Below, in pieces: positions 50,577 through 63,747 of a stretch of 64,000 nt of DNA. A model generated the notes under the pieces. That model did no database searches. It was not told the origin of the DNA and worked only from the letters and a program-made list of their open reading frames with translations. A program made the translations under genes and the position numbers. The stretch comes from Lepidodermella squamata (Eukaryota > Animalia > Gastrotricha), in NCBI GenBank assembly GCA_047495785.1, contig JBLDXI010000019.1:248001-312000 (forward strand), given 5' to 3'. Position 1 is the first letter of the stretch; each line of letters opens with the position of its first letter.

Positions 50577-52076
50577 TATTAAAAAATAAAAAATGATAAA
50601 AAATTAAGGTATTACAGTCTTTATTTCAAAATGTTCAGCTGCATAAAAACTGAAACACTGAAACAGTTAAAAGTTTGTGATGCCTAATATGACTAGGCGA
50701 TAGTCATATATTTTCGATTTAAAAAACGATTCAAACGTTATTCCGCTTGATGGAAAATTTGTGGGCTCACCTCAACAAAAATTGCCCCTTTAAGTTGCCC
50801 TCTTACCTGGACAATGCGTGGCTTTTTGCCAGCTCAATTGTCACGAAAACAGGTTTCAAAGTAAGTTAAACACCTCGGTTAGAAAGTACCACAGAGGGGA
50901 ATTTTAGGTTTTTAAAGCTTCTGAGAATCAGCGACCAAGTATGGAACCTATAGTTCGAAGCAATATCGAAAGCAGCTGTTCTTTGACATGTTCGCCGAAT
51001 TTATGTTTAGGTGACCATTGGTAACAGGCAAAAAACGAGAGGACAACGTTACATCGCTCTAAGGGGTTCAGCAAGTTCGATCCACCAGATTCTATTTAAG
51101 AAAGATGCAGCGATAATTTGCGAATGAACGCGAATAAATGGATAATTTGAGAAAAATGGAAAATCTAGGAAAGATAGATGCAGCTTAATTTTGAAAAGAG
51201 CAACTATGCAAATTCTACAAAAATCAAGAAAAAGGATGAAGGGCTACCCTAGGACCTAGGAACTAAGGCTCATTCCCATATAAGAGTTGAAATAGAAAAA
51301 ATCAAAGTATTTTTCAGTGGAACCAATTTATTCGACCTAATCCAAAGGTCGCTTTTCGCCAAGGCTTTTCGAACAATTCGAACAAAGAATTTAAGGCAAT
51401 GAATGAATTCTGAAGTGAAGATTACATCTTATACAGAATTCTATACTGAATGTAAAGGCGATTTATTTCGATTTATGATATTCAATCAGGGCATCTTAGA
51501 AAGCTACCAAAAGTGTGGCTTCCGGCTCATTAAAAATTCCAAAATTCGGCTAAAAATAAGACCCTCAAAATATTATACCCGTTGAACTGAAATATGAAGT
51601 CAAGTGGCTGAGTATATAAAAACCGCAGATATAACACTCATCAATGATGAAATTGAAAGTACCAAACAATTTATTACGCCCACTCTGTTTTTTCCCCACC
51701 AAGGTCATGACGTAGGAGGTTGCGAGATGTGAACATACAAAAATACAGTGAGCTCAAAAAAGTGTACACTGCCAAGAAAATCTTGGCCGTTGCAACAACT
51801 TTTCAGGTTAACCTGTTCAAGAAGTAATAATTACCGGCGATTATCACGTGAAGAAAAAACAGCCGCCATAATATAAAAGCCGCCAATTCAAAAAAAGTCG
51901 CCTAATGAGCTGATGATTCAGTGGCCGTTTAACGCCTTCTACAGGTAATGTTTCAATCAAAACTTTAATTATTTTTGGATAGACGGTCGTGTTTGCCCGT
52001 GGGCGTACCGCGGCGGCACCATAAATACGGGTAATTTCGGGCGAAATAAATCATCATTTTTTCCGGCAACAATAAC

Positions 52077-53108
52077 ATGAGGCTACCTTTTGTCTTCTAC
52101 GAAAAGCTCAACCGACTCGCGTTCTGGCGAGCTGTGGCTTGCGAACTATTCGCGACGGCTATATTCATCTTCATCGGGTGTGGTTCGGTCGTCCTTCGTC
52201 TTCATCCAGGTCCGACAAATACCGATACTATCCGCATTGCCCTGGCATTCGGCTTCGCTGTTAACATCCTCATCAAAACAATGGGTCCAGTATCAGGGTG
52301 CCACATCAACCCGGCCGTATCGATCTCTTTGATGATTGTCGGCAAGATATCGGTGATTCGAGCTGCGATATACACCATCGCCCAACTGGCCGGCAGCATT
52401 GCTGGAACAGCGATTCTCTACGCGGTTCTACCGCCTGATTGCCAGGGCAATCTCGGCCAGACTAAGCTGTTGAATGACGTAACAGCCGCAAAAGGATTCG
52501 GCACCGAGGTCGTCCTGACATTCATTCTGGTTCTGGAAATTTCTTCCTGTTTGGACGAACGGCGAATCGACCACTTTAAAATGAAAATTACAAATCCGCT
52601 GACAGTCGGTTTCACTGTCTCTGCTCTCCATCTTGTTGGGGTAAGTGGGAAAGGGTCCATTTTTAAGTATATTTTAATAAATATTTTCAAATTTTAGATT
52701 CCCTTCACTGGAGCGAGTATGAACCCTGCCAGGTCATTCGGACCGGCTGTTATTGCGCAATATTGGTCCGATCATTGGATTTATTGGGCTGGTCCTATTG
52801 TAGGCGCATGTGCCGCCACTGTTTTCTACCACTTTTTGATCTCTTCCGAACCAAAAGCGACCAACGATCGTTCTTCCAAGACCGAATCTGGTAACGGCAA
52901 TTCCATTTACGATCGGAACCCTTCGGTAATAACCAACTCAACGCACATGATTAGTGGCTCGTCGCCATTTGAAGGCTGGTCCTATCCTATGGCGAGGAAT
53001 TATCACTACGCTGTGCAGCTTAGTACCGATTCAAGCCTCAATAAAGGCCCGTCCAGATTCGATTCGGTGGAAACTCTAGATAGCGTCCAGCGGTCAGCTG
53101 ACCAATGA
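52077..53108 (+). CDS. Classical (AQP1/AQP4-like) aquaporin; intron 52641-52697
   Basis: [10 protein letters not shown] and HLVG|[25 protein letters not shown]. Confidence 0.95.
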
Positions 53109-53926
53109 ACAACTCACCACCTCTGTTTTGAGCTTATATCTCTAAGAATTATTTTTTTAAATAAATGTGAACCAAGAATCGAATTCTGTGGCTTTTCATA
53201 TTGAAGAAAATTTTGTAAGCAGAAATTAAAATGTAATCGCAGCTTTATAAAGATTTCCAGGGATTTTCAAGTAGAGAGAATTTGAGCTTACAAAAGCTTT
53301 AAAAAATGAAGCCGTATTTTGTTAGGGCCGGTATTTTGAATGCGATTTTCTGAAGTGTTTGAAGGAATAGAAATGCTTATTATTATTATTGAATTATAAT
53401 CACAACAATGAAAAATAGTATTTACGTGGAGTTTTGCTCAAAATTACAAGCTTTCCAAGCTCGAAAAAAAATAATCCAAATAACGTGGATTCAGTCCGGT
53501 TTTACCAACACACAGCCGCGCCACGTGAAAAGGCGAGAAAAACTTGAGAATCTAAAATAGCTGTTTTGACGTCATCACCGCTGCAATAATCAACTCCGTT
53601 TCTAAGAATTATTGTTGAAATTTAGCAAAAAAAGATCCAGCTCTGAAAGAATACTCACGCCCAACCTCAAAATTATGTTGATGTCAGTAAGAGTCATCTG
53701 GGATCGCATCAGGCCAGCTGAAGCAACATCAGACGGGCAAAATTTCAACAATTCCAGGCCTTCCCAACCTTCAAGACGGTATTATAACACGAGGCAGTTC
53801 TTAAACCCGCTTTTATTACTTATTGTCCATCCTAATTTTAGGTCATCGCTTCCCACTTTTCTAGAGGTTCAGAGGTATGGCGTCGAAAGTTCCCGATTGC
53901 AAACCACCATCAGCAGGGTGATTGAA

Positions 53927-54310
53927 ATGAAGCAACTTCCGCCGGCCTATAAAAATACGGAGATGCCAGCTAATGGCGATACACCTGTTAGCCAAGAAAA
54001 ACTAGGGGTATTACGTACCACAGCTGTAAAATTATCAGTTGCCGGTCTATTCTGTTGCTTCTGCATCGGTATCCCAGCCATTTACTGCGCCATCCGGGAT
54101 GCTAATGCCTCGGCAGACGACGGAAAAGAATCGAAACTTCGGCGGTATTACCGGCGGTCCATTTGGCTCTCAATGGCAGCTATTATTGTCGGCTCAGGAT
54201 GTGTCCTACTAGTTGTCACAGCTCTTACTGGAAAAATTGTCGTTGGCGAGTCCAACTCAGGTAGTATAGATACTATCGCGAGGCAAAATTCAGACGGAGA
54301 TTTTCATTAA
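53927..54310 (+). CDS. CD225/dispanin-like protein (closest to canonical CCxxxG pattern)
   Basis: LPPAY; LSVAGLFCCFCIGIPAIYCA..YYRRSIWLSMAAIIVG. Confidence 0.75.
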   Translation: MKQLPPAYKNTEMPANGDTPVSQEKLGVLRTTAVKLSVAGLFCCFCIGIPAIYCAIRDANASADDGKESKLRRYYRRSIWLSMAAIIVGSGCVLLVVTALTGKIVVGESNSGSIDTIARQNSDGDFH

Positions 54311-54649
54311 ATCTCAATTGGGGTTGGCGAATGTGAGATTTTGAGACTTCAAAATTTGGAAAATTTGCCGTAACTCTTCTTTTATTGTCAAATTTTATTT
54401 TTAATAATTGGTTGATCAATCATCGAAGCCTAAGAAAATATTGCTAGAAATTATATTTTAGCGCTCAATAAAGAAATTACGAAATGGGCTGGTGATTTTT
54501 GTTAAACTCGTGCTCTTAATTCTTTAAACGAATCACAGACTGGCGCGTGCTCATCAAATCATGCTGATTGCCAAAGTTTAAACAAAGCACAATGATTATC
54601 TGTTCCAACATTTAACATAAAACATAAGGTTACAGTCATCTTCACCATA

Positions 54650-55077
54650 ATGTCTGCAAATGTAGCTGCTGACATGCAGATAGGTATGCATATCGTTAAT
54701 TGTTATCGCAATTACCTGAAATAAGTTCAATTCTAGCTAGCCGTCCTGTTAGATCAATTTCGAGAATGCAGGCCCAATCAGTGGCAATCACCGGTTGTTT
54801 GCTGTCAGTTTGCTTTCATCTGCTAATGCCGCGGCGAGCATTTCGTCTCAAAAGTTGGGTTCATGAGTTATTATTTGAATCAGCACTGCTCGGCTGTTGG
54901 ATGGCATGTTTCGCGGCGTTTCTCTTGTCAATTCTGCCGGTTCTCAAATGGGCAAAACCAGCCCTTACGACGCCAAATTCTCAAGCGTGGTTTTACGAAA
55001 CTTCCTTCTCAGTTGCTTCATTAGGACTATCTATTTGCGTCTTCTTCATGATTTTCATTGGCTTCGGAATTATATGA
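54650..55077 (+). CDS. 3-TM protein related to the CD225-like family; intron 54684-54736
   Basis: LGCWMACFAAFLLSILP..WFYETSFSVASLG. Confidence 0.6.
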
Positions 55078-56246
55078 ACTGCTAATTAATCAATTTATTC
55101 ACCGATTACTTCAAATTATCGACAACAAAGCTAACCTGGAGGAATAAAAACTGTTATTTATTTCCAATTTCGCTCTTCGCTCTGTTGATAGACGAGCTTC
55201 GAGAAGTCAAAAAAGATCCTATGTACTTTGCAAAGCAAAAGCAGCATTAAATCGTGATAAAAACGTGAAACGTGAAGCCGGCCGGAAATTTGGATTAGAT
55301 GAGTGCCGAGCTGGAGGGTGGACTTCAATGCCATGTTTCGTACACCCCACAAAAACCGGGTGATTTCTGATTTATCGATTCCGTTAATTTACCGATAACT
55401 ATCGATTTGGCCCCAATGATGAAATTTTTCCTGAGTAAGAGTTACTAATAAGCTTCTAGGACCTTGAAATAACCAAGCAGTTCAAAATCTGTGCGAAGAT
55501 ACAATTCCTCCTCTGAAATATTGACTGATTTTGCCAATATCGTAAAGCTCAATCAATCGTTAAATCAGAAATCACCCGATAACTTTGCAGTCGAAATTCG
55601 TATTCGAATTCTGCTTTCGGATTATTAATCAGCAGTGCCTGTTTAATTAGAGGGCATGAGCTTTGCTGCTCTGGAAATTAAGGATCATTCTAATATTCGC
55701 TAATATTTCATCAATCAATACCTGAAATTAGCATCAATCGGTTGACGAATCGATAAAAGCCCTGACCTACTCTTTGGTCCGATTGCCGAGTTCTTGAGCT
55801 CAAACTGCTCATAACAAAATTGTTAGTAATAATTTATGGGCCCCATTGTTATAGGTTGAAGAGATTGCATTAGGGGATAAAAAACACGGTTTTTGTGGGG
55901 TGTACGAAACATTATGGCCACCTAGTGTATATATCGCGTCGAAAATACAGATAAATTGGGTTGAAATAAATGCCCCGAATCTTTTGTCATTTGCCAGATA
56001 TTGACAAGTGAACAACGGATCACGCGACAACGAAAGCAAAAACTCCTGATGAATCATTCCGGCATGCTTGAAAGTACTACATATCTATGTTTTTATTTAT
56101 TTACATACTATGAATGAATCACAGACTGGCACGTGGCATGTGGCCCTCAAATCAGGCTGCTTGCCAAAGTTTAAACAAATCACAATGAGTAACAATTTAT
56201 CGAACGACCGATTTTCGAATTTTTCGCAAACAACATAGCTTCTGAA

Positions 56247-56650
56247 ATGCAGATAGGTATGCATATCGTTAGTTATTATCGCAATTACCTGAAATAATTT
56301 CATTTCTAGCCGACCGTCCTGCTATACCAATTTCAAGGTTTCAGGCACAATCACGGGCAATGTTCGGCTGTTTGTCGTCAGCATGCTTTCATATATTAGG
56401 GCATCTAGGAGTATTCAGTTTCGAAGACGGGCTCGGGACATTTTTATTTGATGTGGCACTGCTCGGCTCCTGGATGGCATGTTTCGCGGCGCTTCTCTTG
56501 TCGATTCTGCCAGCTCTCAAATGGGCAAAACCAGCCTTGACAACGCCGAATTCGCAAGCGTGGTTTTACGAAACTTCGTCCCTCTTATCCTATTTGGGGC
56601 TCTATATTTGTGTCCTATTCCTAATTTTAATGGCGTTCCGAATTATTTGA
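56247..56650 (+). CDS. Tandem duplicate of the 54650 gene; intron 56257-56308
   Basis: Near-identical intron and coding sequence (WAKPALTTPNSQAWFYETS). Confidence 0.6.
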
Positions 56651-58001
56651 AACACTTGGTAAGAAATCTTCAAATAATAATCGGCAACAAAGTCAATCCT
56701 ATGAGAAATAAAAATATTATTCATTACGAAGTTGCGCTCTGTTGATAGACGAGATTTCGAAAAACTGATAAAGGTCCAATGTAATTGTGCTTTTACTCCT
56801 ATGAAAAAGGAAGAATAGATCAGGAGAAGTTTTGTCTCGATGCCTTTGCTTTTTATTTAAGCTTGAACTAAATTGGCTGATCTGGCTGATCCGGCGCACA
56901 GTCCCGGACAAGCGCCTTTTCGTGATGTGCCTGCGCCTTTTTTCTTACCTTCCAAATTGTACATTTTCGTTCGTTTTATCTGGAAAAAAGGACAAAATAA
57001 AATGCTTTTCGTTTTCGTTTTCGAAACCTAAGTCTGTAACCTTCCTGAAAAGTCCAAGTCATTTAAACCCAGATGAAAGTGGCTGGGCCTATCATAGGCT
57101 GTTTAGGTCTAACTTAGCCCCAAAAAGTATAACCTAGGGCTAAGGTAGGGCTGCGATTGAAAATTAGCTCTAGAGTAGGCCTACGAAATTGGCAACTGAA
57201 ATTTTAGGACTACAGTAGGTCTAAAATAGTGTTGGGGCTAATTTAGGCCTGCAATTCCACATAAAAACCCGAGTTGCTTGTTACTGCAGGCCTGAACAAT
57301 TTTCACATTGCAAACAACGCTCACATACGTCAAGCTATGCAAAATAATGAAACTAATCAAGCTTGCACTGATTTTCATCGAACATTAGGTCAAATGCTAG
57401 GCTATTGGTGAGAAATTCTACTTACCCGGATTTCGGATATCGCTTTTTCGTTGAAATGATACTCGAGAACGTTAGACGACATCGGAAAAAACGCGGCCAA
57501 GTCACCGAGCCAATAGGAGATCGAGACGCCAAAGCTAGGAAAAGAGCAACCAGTCGCGCAAAACACGCAGAAAATAAACGAGAGAAATTTTGATTAAAAA
57601 TCGAATGAATGATGTTGAAGCGTGAATAAAACAACAGCATTTCCAGCGATATTTTTTCTACTTTATTAATTCTAAGATTTGTAAAATTTACAGGCACAAA
57701 TTGTTCAAGTTTTTATACATCAATCACAAGTTTTCTCGTTACAATGAACCAACAGGATAATTTGAGCGAGTTTGATGATCCTCGTCGGTTTCAAATAGGA
57801 AGAAATACGAAATAACCGGGCAAGTGTCGCATATGGCTCTAACGTAAAAAATTGGCACGATAATAACATTTGTACGATAAAAATTTTATGGAGGAAGTGA
57901 GCAAGCAATTTTTGAAGTAGTTTTTTCAACAAAGTCATTTCAAAGTCATTTCAAAAAGTTTGGCAGAGCGCGCAGTAGATGAGAAACATTTCCACAGATT
58001 T

Positions 58002-58954
58002 CTAATTTTCCACCTCGTCTTCACTGGCAGCATACCAGGCTTCGCCCTGCTCCCGCTTGTTCAGAACCTCCCAAAACGTCATGCTGGACTCACTGGTATG
58101 ATAAGAGTACTCCTCGTCGATCGAGTCGAACAACTCGTCGTAGCTGGAGCCGCGCGATGTATCGTCGCTCTCCAGAGTGTCCTCAATCCAACCGCCGAAC
58201 AAGCCCGGCTTTAGCACCTTTTTCTTTTGCTTTACCGGTGATATCTGCATGTATTTTAGAACAAACTATAACACAAATTTTCACAATTTGTTTATTCAAA
58301 CCTCGCATTTCATCCCCGCTGAATCATTTGCATCATTTGCATCATTTCCAGAGGCGCCGACCAGACGCTTCGGCGAGCTAGTCCAAGCAGGGTTCGACAG
58401 GAACGGGATGAGAGGCTGCTGTTCGACTGCTGTTCGGAGATCGACGACTGCGTTTACGCTCTAAAAAGTTAATAATTCTTACAACTTATCAGATTTATTT
58501 CAGAAAATTACCGGTTCCTCGCTAGTATCGTCGGAGATTACTGTTGTTGAGTGCAATGTTGAGTGGGGCTGAAAAATAAAAAAATTTGAAAAATCGAACA
58601 TTCAAATAAAAATTAAGGGCAACTTACGATTTCCATTTTTCCGTCATTTTGTCCGTCATTCCAATACAACGAGTAGAGCATTGTCGGGAAAACTAGCGTT
58701 TCAGCAACCTGTTGACAATAACAATAAATAAATCATCAACACGTTCTATTTTCTCTTACTGTAATATTTTCCGAATAATCGCTCGTGTTACTCTTCTTCG
58801 GGAGTGGCGACGAGGCTTCCGACTGGGCGGCAACTTGATCAAGGTGCCGTTTTTCGCAAACCTGTAGAAAATAGCTCAACTTGAGAAAAACATTACAAAA
58901 AAATCTGAATACCCTTGAATCATCAGGCGCAAAGAAGTTGCCATTAGATGCCAT
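58002..58954 (-). CDS. Multi-exon acidic/Ser-rich protein of unknown function inside the putative transposon
   Basis: Series of short exon-like blocks with GT/AG ends starting MASNGNFFAPDDSR; acidic last exon. Confidence 0.45.
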
Positions 58955-59066
58955 TTATATCAACAATTACTAACGACTAGAAACTACTACGAAACGACTA
59001 GAATTGATTTTTCTGATTATGAGACAACTTGTAAATGTCCGAAATTGTACCGAATTTAAGTAGATT

Positions 59067-61600
59067 TCAATTGATGTCACGGGCATCGACTAAATTCGGG
59101 TATTGAAAGATGAATTTGAACCCGCTCACACTGTAAAAATAGCAGAAGGAAACGCTATGTTGAAAAATGTTTATGAAATGGTCGCCACCTGAAGCGGTGA
59201 CTTTGTGAATAACGCCGCGATAAGGCTCAACTCTGAGCTCCGTTGCCCGCAGGTAGACGTTGTCAGCACGGTCGTGAACGGCGTATTTGACGAGGTAGAA
59301 ACGACCGTCAACGTGGATGTAATCGCCTTTCTTGAAGACGAGAGAAAGATTGGGATCGACGCGTTGTCTCACCTTACACCACGTCTTCGGGTCGTCGTCG
59401 AAATCGATGCCAATACCTTCTTCAAGGGATTCTTTCTTCGCTCGGCCGAACAGAACGGCAGAATGAGACATATTTCCAGTGACCAGAGTCACTGTTTTTG
59501 CTGTCGCCGAGGTGGATTCGCCGCTTCGAAGTAGATGCGTGAGCAATGTCTTCGATGAATCATCGAGATCTTGACGATGTAAGTGTTTGTTGAGAAAATT
59601 GATTACGGCGACTCGATTCGCCAATTGAGCGGGGATTTGGTTCGGGCTTTGTAGGGAGCGATTGGTAACACCTATAAAGTTTTCATAGGTAAAGGCAGAG
59701 AAAAGGCAGGGGGCTCCGTGGTTTCTTATGCATTCTGGCATGTGCGAAAAAAGATGGACGTTGAAAGTCATCGATTTTAGGCCGTAGATCTCCTCGTACT
59801 GCTCGCACCACACGCTTATTTTCGGCTCGATAGCCTCGACATCGGGATTCATATCAAGGCACATTAAAGCTATCTCGCTCAACTCGGCGAAAAGATCAGC
59901 CTCAACCGCTCGGTCCCCAGTCAGAACGCTCCGAATGGCGATAGGGCCAGGTCCTAGCAGAAAAACTTGGAAATGCTGAGCGTTCCAGTTGCCGATATTG
60001 CATCTGTCATCTAAAAATAAAATGATATAATTCAATGAAACAAATGAAATCAATAATGAACGTTACCTTTGAACAGCTCAGGAAAGTAAGAATGGCTCAT
60101 AGTGAATGCCTCTGATCGTTGGATCAAGCCTTCGATTGTCTTGAAATTTTGAACATAGTGCGGCGATTTTGGGTTGCACCAGTGCTTGAGTAGCATGTAT
60201 CGAACAACTCCGAGCAGCAAGTTATGCATCGGCTCAACGGGACACTGCTGAGTCGGGTCGAAACCAGGTATGTCAAGTACACACGACCAATCTTTGAGGC
60301 CATCGTGCACAACCCCAGTTTCCATGGCCAGTCGGGCAGCTTCTCGCCATGACTCGTCAGTTCTCGGCGCATAGTCACCATTCGGGTAAACGGTTTTACC
60401 GCCGTGCCGCACTCCTTCAATCATGCAAAAGGGGCAGCAGTAGTAACCCCCGTGGCCTTTTTGATCGAGCACCATGGCTCGGGCAGGGCTGTCCATGATG
60501 GCTAGATCGTGCTGCAGCTTGATCGTTAGGCCAGGTGAAACTTCCATCCCCTCATCGCTCATCAAAGTCACATCGTGCACAAAGGGTCTGAGAATAAAAT
60601 TCTTAGGGTGCCCAGCGCCAGTCCACACCATTGAGAGAAATTTGAATGCAATGCCTGGAAAACTGCAGACCAACAGCCACGTGTTGCGCCCATAAGGGCT
60701 GAAGCCGTCAAAAAACCAACGAAATTTCAATGTAACAACACCCTGGTCAGGTAGTTTATCCTTCAACTTTTGATAGACAGATTTCAGATGACTTCGCATG
60801 AAAAAATAGACGCCAACACCGCCTTGTTTACACGAATTGCACTTACTGAAAGCACTGAACTGATCTTGATCATAGGTTCCAGAATCAGGACCGCATGAAC
60901 AAGAAGCAAACTTTTGAGTTTCGGTAGCCAAGTTACCCTCGAAGAATTTGGACTGCAGAGTTGGTTTTGAGCCGACGGCGATAGAAAAATAAGGGACAGG
61001 CGATATAGCGTCCAAGATTGAAAAGATGTCCAGAACCATTCGCCATGGCATGTTATAGCGATAAAACAGTGCCATTACTTGCAAGAATATCGCTCCAACT
61101 GAAACTGCACACCCGGGGTAAAATGGTACTCCATTCCATCGGCCGAGAAAGTCCCGATATTCATTCTCGTTATCAGATTCAGAGTCATCATCAGGTTCAG
61201 CAGAGCTATCAGAATGACCACCACCAGGGCTACCACCATCAAACTCCTGGTTATCTTCTTCGGTCGATTGATAATCATGAAGTGGTACCTCTTCCTGAGG
61301 AGGCTGGCTGTCATCTTGAGTCGCCGGAACTCCGGTTTGATCTTCTGAATGACGAGATGAATGTGTGGTAAAAACTTCGTCATTGGGGTCGGCCTCATCC
61401 TCGGCTGTGCCTGGTACATCAGAAGCAGCGTCGAAAAACTCCTCTTCTTCCCATTCGTCTTGGTCAGACATTCGACGAGGTCGCTTTGAAGCGTTTTCTC
61501 GATTCTTCCGCTCTCGCTTTTCCTTGGTTCTGGTATTCTTACTTGAATCGACACCCTCGATGACTTTATCCAGCTTACTATTCATTTCGATTAACTGAAT
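59067..61600 (-). CDS. CACTA/EnSpm-type transposase; intron 60011-60066; 5' exons uncertain
   Basis: FFDGF, MDSPARAMVLDQKGHGGYYCCPFC, EPMHNLLLGV, YG..MTFNVHLFSH, FSAFTYENF. Confidence 0.85.
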
Positions 61601-62189
61601 AACTGATAAACCTAAATAGAGAAGCATGTAAACCTGGCCATATGAGACGGAGAAAAAAAAGGAAAAGCGATGGCTAAAATAATTTGGTCTAAATTCAACT
61701 GTAAAATTCACGTGTGACATCACAGCATACGAAACAGCGGAATTAACCTAAGCTATGGTTTGTTTGGTGTCATCTAAAGAGCAGCATTTCTGGGTATCAT
61801 GCCTTTTGATCTGGCTCGCCGCGACTTTGCTCCGATGCTTCGCCTAAAATAATGTGTTTTCTTTTTTTCACATAAAATTATATTTTTCATGAATTCGCAA
61901 ATTAAATTTTAATATTAATGATTAAACAAAAATAAAATATGATTTTCGCGCCAAAATTTGTCAAGCGGCCGGCGTGCTCGTTGAGCAGCGTGCTCGTGGT
62001 CGTTTCAGCTGAAGTTTCAAGTCCCCATCAAGATCCTGATACCCTGGTTTGTTACAGGAACACGGCGATATGTCCCTTTCTGGCCCATTCTTCCTTCCTT
62101 CCATCACACTCCATTATAACTTCAGAATTTTTAGCATTTCTTTCATTTCAGGTTTTTCCGGTAACTTTTTCAGTTTTACTTGCTTCGAT

Positions 62190-63747
62190 ATGGACGAAAA
62201 TGGTCCCTACGCTGTCTGGGAATACACCGAAAGCGACAGCTTCGGCTGCAGCTGGATCGGCTTCACATACAACATGGATGGGAAAACTAAGCCGAAAATC
62301 AGTACGCTCAAGACGAAACAAGTTTATAAAGTCATGTGGGAAGATCAACTTTACTCAGCCAGATTGGTGAAGATAGGTTTGTTTCCTTCAGCTGTGATGT
62401 TACAAGCTAGCCTCATTCTTCCCTGCTAAACTTTCAACAGTCGATGATTTGGAAGTCGGATCACGCGAAGCTCAAAAGCTTGATGAAATTTATTATTCCG
62501 GCGTCACTGATAACAAGAAAAAATGTAATGGACTATCTGAACCGCCTCCGAAGCTGCTTCCTGCGCCTAAGACTGCCCCTGGAAAGTCTAAGCAATTGAA
62601 TATCAAGAAGAATGACGCAAACGGAGTTGTTGTTGGGTAATTTTCAAGCCTCTTTAATTAGCCTTTCAAATTTTCTGTTGCAGCTTTGGTACACCAAAGC
62701 AGCCAACGCTGGCGTAAGTCGACTCACACCATAGCTTTTTCGGACTTGAATGATTTTTTTTCCATAGAGCCCGATCCTTGAGCGGATCAGGTAGCCAACG
62801 CAAGCCGTTGTCCTCTGTCGCCTCTAATAGGTTTTTTATCCGTTTTTCGCTAAATTATTTCCAAGGTTTTTCGTGTAAAGCAACGATCAGGAACTCGAAT
62901 TCTTCGCGGAAACTCCAAAAGCCGAGCCCACCAAAGCCGTGAAAGCCGAGCTCGCCAAAGCCGTGAAAGCCGAGCCCGCTGTCACCGAAACGCCCAGTGG
63001 AGCCCGAAAAAAGCCGGATGCTGCGGTTAAGTAAGTTTTGTTTCCTGTCTAATGGAGTCTCAAATGGCCTATTTTTTATTCAGTTGGAAAAAGCTCAACG
63101 ATATTATGGACAACGAGTCTTATGAATGGCCTGACAGCCTCAAGGAAGCGTTTGGACAGTTGCGCATCATTCTAGATTCGAAATTTACATTCAACAAGGA
63201 CAAGGTATTTATTTATTCTCCATTTATTTTCTTCACTGTTTCTGCTTTATTAGATCATTATACAGGGGTACGAACTCGATCGTAAAAGTTACAACCGACT
63301 TCACGCGAAGGCCGTGGATGATGAAGATGACGAAGCGATGTACGCACTCGGCTTGTTGCGGCTGATGTTTACGAAGAGCGAATATGTCGACAAAACGCTT
63401 ACTGGCCGGAAGCCTGGCGTCTCCAACTCGGGGCGAGCAACGGGCGATGAACACAAGCTCGACGAAGATCGGGTCAATGCCATCTACGGTGAGAATTTTT
63501 TGCAGATAATGTTCCGAGTAATAATTTTCCTCAATTTCCAGCTCAGGTTAGGTACATATTTCGAAAGAAATCTACCGACGATTTGCCTCGAGTGAAAAAG
63601 GCCATTGGCGACTTTCTCGGTGCTCAGCGCCGCAAGGAAACCCCGAAAACTCCGATCGAACTGGATGGAAGCGAGGAATCGCCGACGAAAAGTCCGCCAG
63701 CCAAGAAGCAGACACGAGCGCATGAATCGTCCAGCGATCAAGAATGA
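62190..63747 (+). CDS. Multi-exon BEN-domain protein (likely transposon accessory gene)
   Basis: YALGLLRLMFTKSEY..TLTGR..KLDEDRVNAI..VKKAIGDFLG; many ~50 nt introns. Confidence 0.65.
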
